Origin: a virus
IMG/VR virus record: IMGVR_UViG_3300020190_000012
Span: 32,001 to 96,000 of that record
Strand: one strand, 5' to 3'
Length of the DNA: 64,000 nucleotides
A program made the position numbers and the translations under genes. Under the pieces are notes generated by a model. It worked only from the letters and a program-made list of their open reading frames with translations, had not been told where the DNA came from and did no database searches. Positions 9,792 through 19,400 of this stretch are shown piece by piece (positions within the stretch are counted from its first letter, which is position 1; each line of letters starts with the position of its first letter).

Positions 9792-10553
9792 TTATGTTTC
9801 CATCATTTTGTCAACTATGCCTCTTGGATTAGGATCGACGCCAAAAGCAATCATATTTGCAGCAACTCCGGCAACAAAGGCGTTGGCAAAACTAGAGCCT
9901 CTAGAATCCATAAATCTGTCTCCAACAGTCATCGTGTCATATGTCCAATTTGGCATAGTTATCCTGATGCCGTCAGCAGATGGGGAGTTAACACCGCCTA
10001 CTGCCACTGAAATAACCCCAGAATCCGAGGATGGGAAGGCATAAGAGCGTGTGTCAGGAACTGCAGAAAATATTAGTATGTCCTTTGAAAGCAACTTTTT
10101 TATCACCTCTGAGGCGAGATGTTCTTCTTCAGAAGATGTAATACTACAAACCACCATGTCACATTGGGAAGCCATGCACCACAAAAGTCCTCCAACAAGA
10201 GCAGATATGTCTCCTGACCCATCCGACTTTGCACACTTGGCGTGAAAGAAACTAGCTTCATGACAAAGACCTGGCATGCCAGAGGCATGAGAAGAAGATA
10301 AAATGCCGGATACAGAAGTCCCGTGGCCATCTCGGTCGTATGGCTCTTCGTCATCAACCATGCTCACTTGCCTGCTACTATTATTCAACTTGATATCCCT
10401 GTGTATGGGAGCCCCAGTGTCTACAACCCCGATCTTGAGAGATGAGCAGTCAGCCCTCTCAACTCTGAAGCCGCCATGTGCTGGCAAGACAACCTTCCTA
10501 ACCCTGGGCGATATTCTCAGTCTTCTATCCGGAGGAAAATTACCCAACACCAT
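9792..10553 (-). CDS. Subtilisin-like serine peptidase (S8)
   Basis: Triad motifs GVVDTG (Asp), DGHGTSVSG (His), GSSFA (Ser). ATG 10553 is preceded by GAGGAGG. Confidence 0.8.
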   Translation of the reverse strand: MVLGNFPPDRRLRISPRVRKVVLPAHGGFRVERADCSSLKIGVVDTGAPIHRDIKLNNSSRQVSMVDDEEPYDRDGHGTSVSGILSSSHASGMPGLCHEASFFHAKCAKSDGSGDISALVGGLLWCMASQCDMVVCSITSSEEEHLASEVIKKLLSKDILIFSAVPDTRSYAFPSSDSGVISVAVGGVNSPSADGIRITMPNWTYDTMTVGDRFMDSRGSSFANAFVAGVAANMIAFGVDPNPRGIVDKMMET

Positions 10554-11265
10554 CGGGCAGAACCTCCTCTTCAACCATGTCCGCAAAACCAAAAACAGGA
10601 CTGCGGGCCATTGAAGACCTTAGCAGAAGAGCTCTGCCACCACCCGAGGCACAGCCCCATGCGCATACAGGGTCATCTGTTACCAGCGCACACACGGTTC
10701 TACTCTCTTCGATTCTCTTCACTAAACTCTTGCGGACAGGCACGTGCCAAAGCCTGCCTGTCTCGAAAAACTTTGACTTGATAGCCATGCGGAGGGAGTC
10801 ATTAGAAATTGAAACACCCTGCCTGTCGTGCATTTTGGGAGAAAACTGAGTATAAAAACTTGGCAGCACAACATCGTCAAAATGAAACGCCTTAGACAGA
10901 GAAGATAGAACAGACTGATCCTCAAGGTACGCAGAAAGTATGTGAGAAAATCTTGCTTCTGTTGCCACTATAGATCCACGATCAAGCACAAAACCAGAAG
11001 CATCAAGACTAAACGCATGACGGCAGTCAACCATGGAATCTGAAACGCATATAACCTCATCAAACTGCCCCCTAGAAACAGTGTGCAGATTAGCAAAAGA
11101 TGGCTTAGTTGGAAGCATCTGCTGAAGCCCATCCTCCCATCCCGCTGAGGAAGAAACAGTAAGTTCACACCGCCCATCATGTATACGCTTCATGATCTGA
11201 AGCACTGAAGAGGTGATGAGTATGCCCCATTCAGATGGAGGCGGAATCAAACATATCTTTTTCAT
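10540..11265 (-). CDS. Divergent GT9 (heptosyltransferase)-like protein
   Basis: N-terminal KICLIPPPSEWGILITSSVLQIMK and C-terminal IEESRTVCALVTDDPVCAWGCASGGGRALLL echo GT9 motifs but are degenerate. Confidence 0.4.
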   Translation of the reverse strand: MKKICLIPPPSEWGILITSSVLQIMKRIHDGRCELTVSSSAGWEDGLQQMLPTKPSFANLHTVSRGQFDEVICVSDSMVDCRHAFSLDASGFVLDRGSIVATEARFSHILSAYLEDQSVLSSLSKAFHFDDVVLPSFYTQFSPKMHDRQGVSISNDSLRMAIKSKFFETGRLWHVPVRKSLVKRIEESRTVCALVTDDPVCAWGCASGGGRALLLRSSMARSPVFGFADMVEEEVLPDGVG

Positions 11266-11266
11266 T

Positions 11267-11869
11267 TTATAGCCTTATTTCGGCAGCGTTTCTGATCCCG
11301 CCGGGCAAAACATCATCGTCATCATCAGCTACCATATCATCACTATCTCTCCTACGCACAGAGCGTCGAGATTTCTTACTTGCTGCTTGAGCTTCTTTCT
11401 TGAGTTTCAGTTGCTCGTTGTGTGCCTGACATATGGCTGACAATTCCTGTCTAGACAACCTGATCAGACGACCTGATGATATTAAAGACAACACCTGGGC
11501 CGGAATGTCTCCATATTCTTTTTTAATCAAGGATAAAGACTTACCATCTGTTTTGCCATCAAACTTTAAAGGAGGCTTAAGATTGGTTAATATCAAGCAT
11601 CCATCCTTAGTCGAAGCTATAAGGTCTTTCTCTTGTGATGCCTGATGGGCAGAAGAAACAACGCCTGCAAACACAGGAAGAGAAACAGTCTGCGAAACAG
11701 AGTGATTCCCCAAGACCACATCTTTGAGAGTCATCAAACCACCATCAACCACGACTGGCACGTTCATCAGTTCGGGATGAACCACCACCCTATCAACGGG
11801 AAGAGAATAAACCTTTTCTCCCATAAACACAACCCTGTTAAAATCTCTGTCATAAAATGCTTTCATCAT
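11267..11869 (-). CDS. Hypothetical protein with a basic/acidic tail
   Basis: 200-aa ORF coupled to the upstream glycosyltransferase. Confidence 0.65.
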   Translation of the reverse strand: MMKAFYDRDFNRVVFMGEKVYSLPVDRVVVHPELMNVPVVVDGGLMTLKDVVLGNHSVSQTVSLPVFAGVVSSAHQASQEKDLIASTKDGCLILTNLKPPLKFDGKTDGKSLSLIKKEYGDIPAQVLSLISSGRLIRLSRQELSAICQAHNEQLKLKKEAQAASKKSRRSVRRRDSDDMVADDDDDVLPGGIRNAAEIRL

Positions 11870-13209
11870 CTTGTCACTAGGCCTTTGAATTGCGAAATAA
11901 CGGCGTCTGCAGAGCAGATATCAGTTAATTTTGATGCTGCCCTTAAAGCCATCAAATTTCTCTTTTTGTCAGATGCAGACCAACATGCTCTCATAGATTC
12001 TCCAAATCTTTGGATAAATTCTACACCAACTGTATCCGCCATAACCGTCCCATCCCATAAAATTGTGCCAGTTATGCCAGGCTTAATGGTGTTCTTATTA
12101 ACATCAACCAAAAAGGCTGAAGAATCATCGAGAAAATCGAGTTGACCGCCAAACCTTGGGGCAACTGAAGGTATGCCGCACATGGCGGCTTCTGCATAAG
12201 GAAGACAAAATCCCTCTCCTCGAGCAGCTAGCACGCATGCATCCACAGATCTGTACAATTTAGCAAGATCTGCTTCAGTAATATTTTTGGATATCCTGAC
12301 CACAAGGGGCGGATGCTTCTTGCCACACTTTGACACCAAATCAGAAACCGTGTTTGCGAATCGTTTTTGAGCATCTTCTCCGCGCTTATCTCTATGCGCC
12401 ACGATGAGACAGACATCATCTGATGGGTCAAATTCATTAAGAAATGACTCGATTACATTGGTTCCAACCTTTCTAGGGCTCATCCCGAATATCGTAAAGA
12501 ACTTGAAACTTGGTAGAGGATGTGAGAATTGATATTCTGCGCCTTTGGTGCAAAAAACACCGTCGTTAATGTGTGGGCTCAAGACTTTGGCATCAATTCC
12601 GTACTTTCTGAAAGTGTCACAGCAGAATTTGCTTACGCACCAAACCTTTTCATACTTCTTGGCAGAGGTCACAACAGCATCATTAAGGGTCTCTGATTCA
12701 ACAGTCGTATAGAGGACTCTAATGCCAGATTGGCCTGGCGAACCAAATGTAGGAACCACACTATGTATGTCAAGCATGCCTTGACATCTTGGCCTTATTG
12801 GTAATCCGCATCGTGCGTCTTCGTACAAAAGCTGAGGCTTACCAAGGTCTACTGGGTCAACGCTTACTGAAATGTTTTTTGCCGTAAGTACCCTAACCAA
12901 ACCTCTGTTCACCTTGCCATATCCTGAGTAGTCTAAAAATTGACCCCTGACAACGACATCATCAAACATGGCATCACCAGATGGCTTCTTCGCTTTCGAT
13001 GACATTTTTGCTAGCGCGACCTCTATGCCGTCGGTCTGATCGTGATCTACCACAACAACATAGCCCTTTGCAACCGCCGAACGAAGAGATGGCGCGGATC
13101 TCACCCGATCTGACGGTATCTCAAATTTATCACCATCATCACCAGCGGGGATGCGGTCATCCCATTCGGGAACATATACGGGTATACCAAGGGCGTTTCT
13201 TACGATCAT
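11866..13209 (-). CDS. GT4-family glycosyltransferase with an extra N-terminal module
   Basis: SGYGKVNR; LYRSVDACV; RGEGFCLPYAEAAMCGIPSVAPRFGGQLDFL (EX7E motif). Confidence 0.9.
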   Translation of the reverse strand: MIVRNALGIPVYVPEWDDRIPAGDDGDKFEIPSDRVRSAPSLRSAVAKGYVVVVDHDQTDGIEVALAKMSSKAKKPSGDAMFDDVVVRGQFLDYSGYGKVNRGLVRVLTAKNISVSVDPVDLGKPQLLYEDARCGLPIRPRCQGMLDIHSVVPTFGSPGQSGIRVLYTTVESETLNDAVVTSAKKYEKVWCVSKFCCDTFRKYGIDAKVLSPHINDGVFCTKGAEYQFSHPLPSFKFFTIFGMSPRKVGTNVIESFLNEFDPSDDVCLIVAHRDKRGEDAQKRFANTVSDLVSKCGKKHPPLVVRISKNITEADLAKLYRSVDACVLAARGEGFCLPYAEAAMCGIPSVAPRFGGQLDFLDDSSAFLVDVNKNTIKPGITGTILWDGTVMADTVGVEFIQRFGESMRACWSASDKKRNLMALRAASKLTDICSADAVISQFKGLVTR

Positions 13210-13215
13210 AGTATG

Positions 13216-13242
13216 TTATCGGAGAGAAACACATGATTCTTA
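13216..13242 (-). promoter_or_regulatory. Candidate sigma28/FliA-type promoter for the GT4-neck-actin operon (leaderless)
   Basis: Minus strand reads TAAG-N15-TCCGATAA-N6-ATG, against the sigma28 consensus TAAA-N15-GCCGATAA. Confidence 0.45.
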
Positions 13243-13718
13243 GCCAAACAGGGTATAGTTATCAAATCAGAGGCCTTGGCGGACTTGGAAAGCTCAGATT
13301 GAGCGTTGGGTTATCGAACACATGCAGACTAGAACCATTGTGCACAGATACCACGCCTGACGGATATTCTTACATATCACTAGGGGGGTTCAGAATAGGG
13401 ACATCAACCTACGGACAAGGAAGGGCAATGTGGGTGTATCGTCCAGAAGAGATGTCTTTAGATAATGTCTATGAAACAGTGTGGAATGGACTAAAATTTG
13501 AAGTTGCAACAAACGCTAATAATAAATCTTTTTGCTCCTATACGATATCTTACAGTTCAGAAACGCCCACGTCTAATAATATGATCAGAATAGGAGGGGG
13601 CAACATATCTGTCGATGCTTCAGGAAGAGTTTTGTTCGCAGATCAAGAAGGAAGTCAAGGACGACCACGAGAATTCAAAGAGGCGGTCATAGGTTCTATG
13701 ACTAATAACGCTAGGTAG
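13233..13718 (+). CDS. Hypothetical beta-rich protein, paralogue of the next gene
   Basis: Shares TCRLEP, TPDG.SYISLGGF.IGT, GLKFE and IGGG.IS.D..GR.L with 13799-14758. Confidence 0.75.
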   Translation: MILSQTGYSYQIRGLGGLGKLRLSVGLSNTCRLEPLCTDTTPDGYSYISLGGFRIGTSTYGQGRAMWVYRPEEMSLDNVYETVWNGLKFEVATNANNKSFCSYTISYSSETPTSNNMIRIGGGNISVDASGRVLFADQEGSQGRPREFKEAVIGSMTNNAR

Positions 13719-13798
13719 ATTTGACGATATGTGGGCAGTATCTCTCTATTCTCACTCTATCCTGTCCGAAGGCGAATGGTGAGTGGAAAAAATTAACA

Positions 13799-14758
13799 AT
13801 GGAAATCACAAATACTGGATACACTTCTGAAGAAAAAAACATTGGGGGTGCTGGGAAGTTACTTATTGATATTGGAACCACAGGCACCTGCAGGCTAGAA
13901 CCAGTCTCAACAATATATACACCAGATGGAAATTCTTACATATCTTTAGGTGGGTTTCAAATAGGCACGGCTACTTTTGGATCAGACAGAGCACTGTGGG
14001 TGTTCACTCCAAACATGTCTACAAACAATTTAGAAGAGACACACTGGCGTGGTCTCAAGTTTGAAATAGTGTCAGATACAAATTACAAAGCACTTTGTTC
14101 ATACAATATATCATACTCTAGGGAGAACGATACAACTAATAATTATGTGTGGATCGGAGGTGGCAGGATAAGCATCGACATATTAGGCAGAATCCTGACG
14201 GTGAACAAGGGCATCCCAGAAGAGACTAAAGAAGCAATGATTGGGTCTAAAAGGGTCACCTTGGGTAGGTTCGGCAATTATTGGGGTATAGCAATCTATT
14301 CTCGTTTCACATCATGCGCCCAGAGCACAATAAATCCTCAACTGGCAAATAGTATTATTCTGCAGAACTCATCATCATACACAAGAACAGTTTTGACAAC
14401 AACATTTGATCCACTAGTTCCATGCCCTGACGGGATACAAATTTGGCTGCAAAATACAAGCGATACCGCCACGAACCAAATATATTTTGAGGTCAGTACC
14501 AATGGAGGAACAACGTGGACGGATATAGTTCCAGACATTTCGAGCCCGAGCGGGTCGACAGTGACAATTTTGCCAGATAAGGAATTTGGAACGGATATAC
14601 TACTTACAGTCAGCCCTTGGTCAGAATTTTTTGAAGGTTCACCTAAATTTAACGAGAATTGGGGACAAGAAGTTCCAACCACACATATATTTACTGTGAA
14701 AAACATTAGCGACAATTCCGCCATCCAAACAATAACCGTTAACATAGACAGCGTCTGA
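13799..14758 (+). CDS. Hypothetical beta-rich protein; paralogue of 13233-13718 with an added C-terminal domain
   Basis: ATG 13799 (MEITNTGY) aligns with the paralogue start (MILSQTGY). The C-terminal domain contains a BNR-like STNGGTTW. Confidence 0.75.
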   Translation: MEITNTGYTSEEKNIGGAGKLLIDIGTTGTCRLEPVSTIYTPDGNSYISLGGFQIGTATFGSDRALWVFTPNMSTNNLEETHWRGLKFEIVSDTNYKALCSYNISYSRENDTTNNYVWIGGGRISIDILGRILTVNKGIPEETKEAMIGSKRVTLGRFGNYWGIAIYSRFTSCAQSTINPQLANSIILQNSSSYTRTVLTTTFDPLVPCPDGIQIWLQNTSDTATNQIYFEVSTNGGTTWTDIVPDISSPSGSTVTILPDKEFGTDILLTVSPWSEFFEGSPKFNENWGQEVPTTHIFTVKNISDNSAIQTITVNIDSV

Positions 14759-14770
14759 TTATCAGATGAT

Positions 14771-14807
14771 ATAAAAAGAACTGCCCACCCCTTTCGGGGT
14801 GGGCAGT
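14771..14807 (-). terminator. Rho-independent terminator after the major capsid gene
   Basis: Perfect 12-bp stem ACTGCCCACCCC/GGGGTGGGCAGT, GAAA loop on the minus strand, followed by TCTTTTT. Confidence 0.92.
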
Positions 14808-14833
14808 CGTGCTTCAAAATTCACCCGAACCTA

Positions 14834-15703
14834 TCAGGTGGTTGTAGCCTCCACGGTGATGACGGACACAGCGTAGTCGTTCATGACCACGATGCCGACT
14901 TCCTCGTAGATCACCCAACCAAGACGCAACTTCTTCGGATCATCAGCGGGAAGGACAGTGATGTCCTGGCGGATGGGGAAGGCGCCCACGGTGTCGGGAC
15001 TTGCAGTAACGATGACCTTGCTGTCATCGAGTTGGCTGGACACATGGATATCAGCCGTCCACAGGTGACCGTAAAGACCAGTGGTGAGGATCTCACGTGT
15101 GGTGGCCTCATCATAGAAGTCTTTACCGAAGCTGCGAACTGCCGAATAGGACTCAGGGTGCATGACCACCTTTGAGGCCACCAGATCGTGGGTCTCAATG
15201 TTCTTGTAGGCAGAGTTCAGAGACGCAGTCTCCAAAGTGCCGCTGTTGGTGATCTCGTTAGATGATGTAGTAGCAGCAATCAGAGCGTTGAAGATATTGC
15301 GATCCTCTTCCTTCTGGATTGCCTCTTTTGCCTTGATCTGGGCACGGTCAACGATGTAGAAGCGACGTGCTTTGATCTCGGACAAACGGATGGTGGGGTG
15401 TGCTGCGATCTCGAATGTGGGGACAAGAACTTCCTCACCCTCGGTGATCTGATCAGGCACTGCACCCTGACGGGCAACGACTACTGCCACGGAGGCAACA
15501 TCGCGCTCGTAGCGGGGAAGAGCGCCCTGTGGGAGCTCGTCCACCATCAGGAGCTTGCGACCGACGGCCTGGTACTCCAGGGAACGCCGAATCGGCTCCA
15601 CCATCGCCTGGGCAAGGGCAACGCGCCCCTCCTCAGTCGACAAGGCCTGTGCGATCACGGCCTCTTTCTCATCGTAAGTCAAACCATCTTTGTTGATGCT
15701 CAT
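14834..15703 (-). CDS. Major capsid protein (HK97 fold, compact, encapsulin-like size)
   Basis: Position after the protease and decoration genes, strong codon bias, AAGGA RBS before ATG 15703, own terminator. Motifs LAQAMVEPIRRSLEYQAVGRKLLMVDELPQGA, VPTFEIAAHP, LGWVIYEEVGIVVMND. Confidence 0.88.
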   Translation of the reverse strand: MSINKDGLTYDEKEAVIAQALSTEEGRVALAQAMVEPIRRSLEYQAVGRKLLMVDELPQGALPRYERDVASVAVVVARQGAVPDQITEGEEVLVPTFEIAAHPTIRLSEIKARRFYIVDRAQIKAKEAIQKEEDRNIFNALIAATTSSNEITNSGTLETASLNSAYKNIETHDLVASKVVMHPESYSAVRSFGKDFYDEATTREILTTGLYGHLWTADIHVSSQLDDSKVIVTASPDTVGAFPIRQDITVLPADDPKKLRLGWVIYEEVGIVVMNDYAVSVITVEATTT

Positions 15704-15767
15704 TGTGTTTTTTCCTTTCTCCGACACCCCCTGATTCACGCATCAGGGTGGTAAGTCGGAAGATTCA

Positions 15768-16349
15768 TTAGGCAGATTGGACGTTCAGGGCAATTCGAAT
15801 GAAGTTGCCCAGCGATGCATGACCATCAAGATCGGTACCAGGAATACCGCTTGGATACATATTCTGTGCAGCAATCAGAAAACCGACCTTGTTGCCGTTG
15901 TTGGTGGCGGTGGTCGTGATTTTGCCAGAGTTAGTAGCCTGCCCGACATAGACAGCAACGCCTGCGGCGTTGTCGCTTGCGGCGTCGAACTCAGTGGAGA
16001 CATACTGGTCAGTCAAGAACTCGCCCGCGCCCGTGTAGACGGTGATCTTGCCAGAAGCAAGGGTCTCGTCGAACATATCGCTTACGCGATTGCTGGTGGT
16101 GCGGGTGCTACCAGAACCGTTGACAACGACAGACGCAGAGTATGCGTTGCCGCTGGTGCTGGCGAGCTTGCTGTCACCGGCCAAACCAATGGTGAAACCA
16201 CCGGAAGTGTCTGGCAGTTTGACATAGGGACGCAGATCACTTGCGGTGTCTACGGCCAGAGCTACGCCCATGCCCTCTGTGATGTTGCCGCTGCCACTAG
16301 CGACGGCAAACTGTGTTGCGATTGTGTGATGAACTGGAATCAGTGCCAT
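15768..16349 (-). CDS. Putative capsid decoration/cement protein
   Basis: Lies between scaffold and MCP; ATG 16349 with AAAGGA RBS; G/A/T/S-rich; SGKITVYTGAGEFLTDQY. Confidence 0.65.
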   Translation of the reverse strand: MALIPVHHTIATQFAVASGSGNITEGMGVALAVDTASDLRPYVKLPDTSGGFTIGLAGDSKLASTSGNAYSASVVVNGSGSTRTTSNRVSDMFDETLASGKITVYTGAGEFLTDQYVSTEFDAASDNAAGVAVYVGQATNSGKITTTATNNGNKVGFLIAAQNMYPSGIPGTDLDGHASLGNFIRIALNVQSA

Positions 16350-16401
16350 GTTGGGTTCCTTTACCCTTCTTTGGTGAAAAATCCTCTCAAGCCGTCGGTC
16401 T

Positions 16402-19400
16402 TCACTTGAAGACCCGACGCAGTACGTTGGTCTCAGTCTGATCTGCCAACTCCACCTGCTGCTGCAGTCGGAACATGGACGAGATCTTGGACTTGAGATC
16501 TCCATACGCATTACGCTCACTCTTCTGCTCGGGGATCACAAAAGCCGTTTCTGACCCTGCCGAGGCCGTCTTCAGGCCCTTGGCGACGACACCCTCTGCG
16601 AACATTGCCTTCTCAAGGTCCACGAGCTGAGCCACCTTGTAGCCCATCAACTCTTTGGCTTTTGCAGGCAGACTGTCTGCAGAGATCATCCCTGCAGCAA
16701 CCATCTTGCCAGCAACCTTGAGAGCCAACTCGCTGGAATCTTCACCAGCCTTCTTCTTTGCATAGCCGCCAACTGGACCGGACTTACCCGATCCAACCTG
16801 GCCGCCTGTCATTAGATTCTGCTTCTCTGCACCGTCCTGACCGCCAACCGGTATGGAAGGCAGGCTCAGACCTGCAGACTCGTTACCCTCTGGAACTTCA
16901 AGTTCTCCCATGCCTTCAAGACCTTCAGAGGTGCCCACGTCGCCAAGATCTTCCTGGTTCTGCACCAACTCGGTCTTGAGACCAAGCTCAGAGGCAAGCT
17001 TGGCCAATGAATCGGAGAATGCAGCCTTCTGGTTATGAAGCTTGCCAGAGGCAGATTTACCTGCTCCTTGGACACCGCCAGTGGCCATATTGCCCTTCTC
17101 TCCCTTGATCTTGTCGCCACTGAAGCTAGGACCATCAACGGGAACCTTGGGCATGTCTGCATCGAAGCCTTCGCCGTGCTCTCTGCTGAGCGGCTTGCCG
17201 CCGTTCTCAACGACCTTTGGCGATTTCAGACCAGCCTTGCCCGTCATGACGGTACCAAGTTCTGGCTGCTTCTGTGCATGACCTATCTCGACAGCCTTCT
17301 CTCCTGCCTCCTTGGTCAGGGCAGATGCAAGACGTGATATGTCAAGTTCCAACTTGCCTACGCCAACAACTCTGCCACGACGGAGGGCCATGGCCTCCTT
17401 CTCAATGTCGAAGGTCTCGTTTGACTTGGATTTGGCATAATTTGGAGCTGTCTTTTCCATGACTGCATCTTTCTCTTCTGTTTCTCCATTCGGATTATCG
17501 TCAGAAGAGTCTTCGTCAGAAGAGTCTTCGTCAGAAGAGTCTTCGTCAGAAGAGTCTTCGTCTTCAACAGTAGGTGACACCTCGACTGACTCTTCTTCAT
17601 CCACGTCTTCGACATCGTCGATGTCGTCGACCTCAACGGAATCTTCAGGCACATCCGTGCCAACATCATCAGACATCTCAGCCCCCATGTCGACCTCTGT
17701 GTCCATATCACTCTCATCTTCACTCCAAGCCTTAGTTAGAGCCTTCTGTATCTGCTCGTCAATCTGCTCAAGAACTTCTGGGGTCACATCGAGAGTGACG
17801 GAAATGGTCTTTTTGTCACCAGATTCAGAATCATCCTCGCCATCGAATGGATCGGATTCTTCCGTTTCATCCTGCTGTGACAAGTCAGTCTCTCCGTCGC
17901 CATCTGCGAGATCATCGGCGAGATACTCCTCGTCCTCTGCATAGGCAGCTTTGATCATCTCACAAGCATTGGAAGCCTGCTTGAGACCCATGCCTTCGCG
18001 GACAAGGTCCTCTACGCACTCGCACATAGGATCCGGCTGCGCCCAAGATGAGGCAACCTTGTCAGCCACGATTGTGCTGTACACATTCGCACCGGCAAGT
18101 TTGCTGCACACGCAATCTGGAAGGCTGTTTCCACGGCAAGGACCGCTGAGCGCCACGGAATCAGCGCCATACCTCCTGGCGAGTTTTTCCACGCACTCAT
18201 TCATTGGGAATTCACCATGCATGGTGAATGCCTTCTTGAATGAGCCAATTGCAGTCTCATCTTCAGAAGCTATCTTGACCTGCTTTACGGCACCCTTGCT
18301 GAGGGCTTCGTTCAAAACTTCGGCCTTCTTGACAACAGACATGCCGTCGAATGTTGCACGATCAACGCCAACTTCATTCAGGGCAGAATTAATAGATGCA
18401 CGCTTACGGGCGCAGCTGCTGCATGATGCCTTCTTAAACTCTGGCACCCATTCCCACTGAGCATACACATCCTTAGGAGAGGTGGTCGACGCGGCAAGAC
18501 GAACCTTGTACATCTGACCAGAGTCCAAGCACATCCATGTTTCGTTGTCAAGTTTGACGGTATTTCTCTCGCCAGTGATTGGGCTCACAGATCCTAGAGC
18601 ACCCTTGCTGGCGATCTTCCTGAGTGTTTCTGGAGTGATGCGGGTGGATGCAGCAACAGGAGGAAGCCCTGGTGCCCCTAGGGGTGGCATGCCGGGTGGC
18701 AGTTCGGCGCCAATCCCGCCAAGACCCTTATCTGGCTCTGCAGGGTTGTCGCCGCCAACATCCTCTTTGTCAATATCTCCGTCAGTGATATTGTCAAGAA
18801 GAGATGCATCTGGAATAACCTTGATGGTGAATCCACTGCCGCAACCCGGGCCTTTGCACTGGCTCTTGCCGCCAGCAACATCAACATCCTGGTTGCCACA
18901 CACGACGCAAACCGCAGCTGGTGGCTTGGCCTTGCCGAGGGTGTCTGTGTCGAGACCAAGAGGGTCTGTTGGCGCCGAAGCGGGAGCTCCAGGCATACCA
19001 GCGGGGGCCCCTGGTGCTGGCGGAGCGCCAGTCAGCGCCTCTGCGCCAGGCATGCCGGGAGGCATGGCACCTGGAACCGCAACACCAGCACCCATGCCTG
19101 CTGGATTTAGGGCGCTGGGCATGGCGCCTCCAACTTGAGCCTTCTTCTCAAGTCGCTCAATCTCCTCAAGCAACTTGGCACGACGAGATATCCTGTCTTC
19201 TCGAGAATCATAAGTCTCAGAAGATGCGACCGCGACCTTTGTCTTGGGGGCTTTCTTCATAGTGCTCTCCACATCGGATGCAAACTTGTGGTATGCCTCT
19301 TCCTCTGCAGAAGTGAGCATTTTTGCCTCCTTGACCACTGCCTCAACAATGCCATTGGCATCGTCGAAATCTATTGACATCGGTACAACATCAACACCAG

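Noticed and set aside
14834-15703. Cellular encapsulin locus
   Set aside because: Terminase, portal, prohead protease and neck genes in the same operon show it is a phage capsid.
17498-17562. Possible CRISPR-like repeat
   Set aside because: Head-to-tail 15-bp units with no spacers, in-frame within a coding acidic tract. No CRISPR array was seen in the window.
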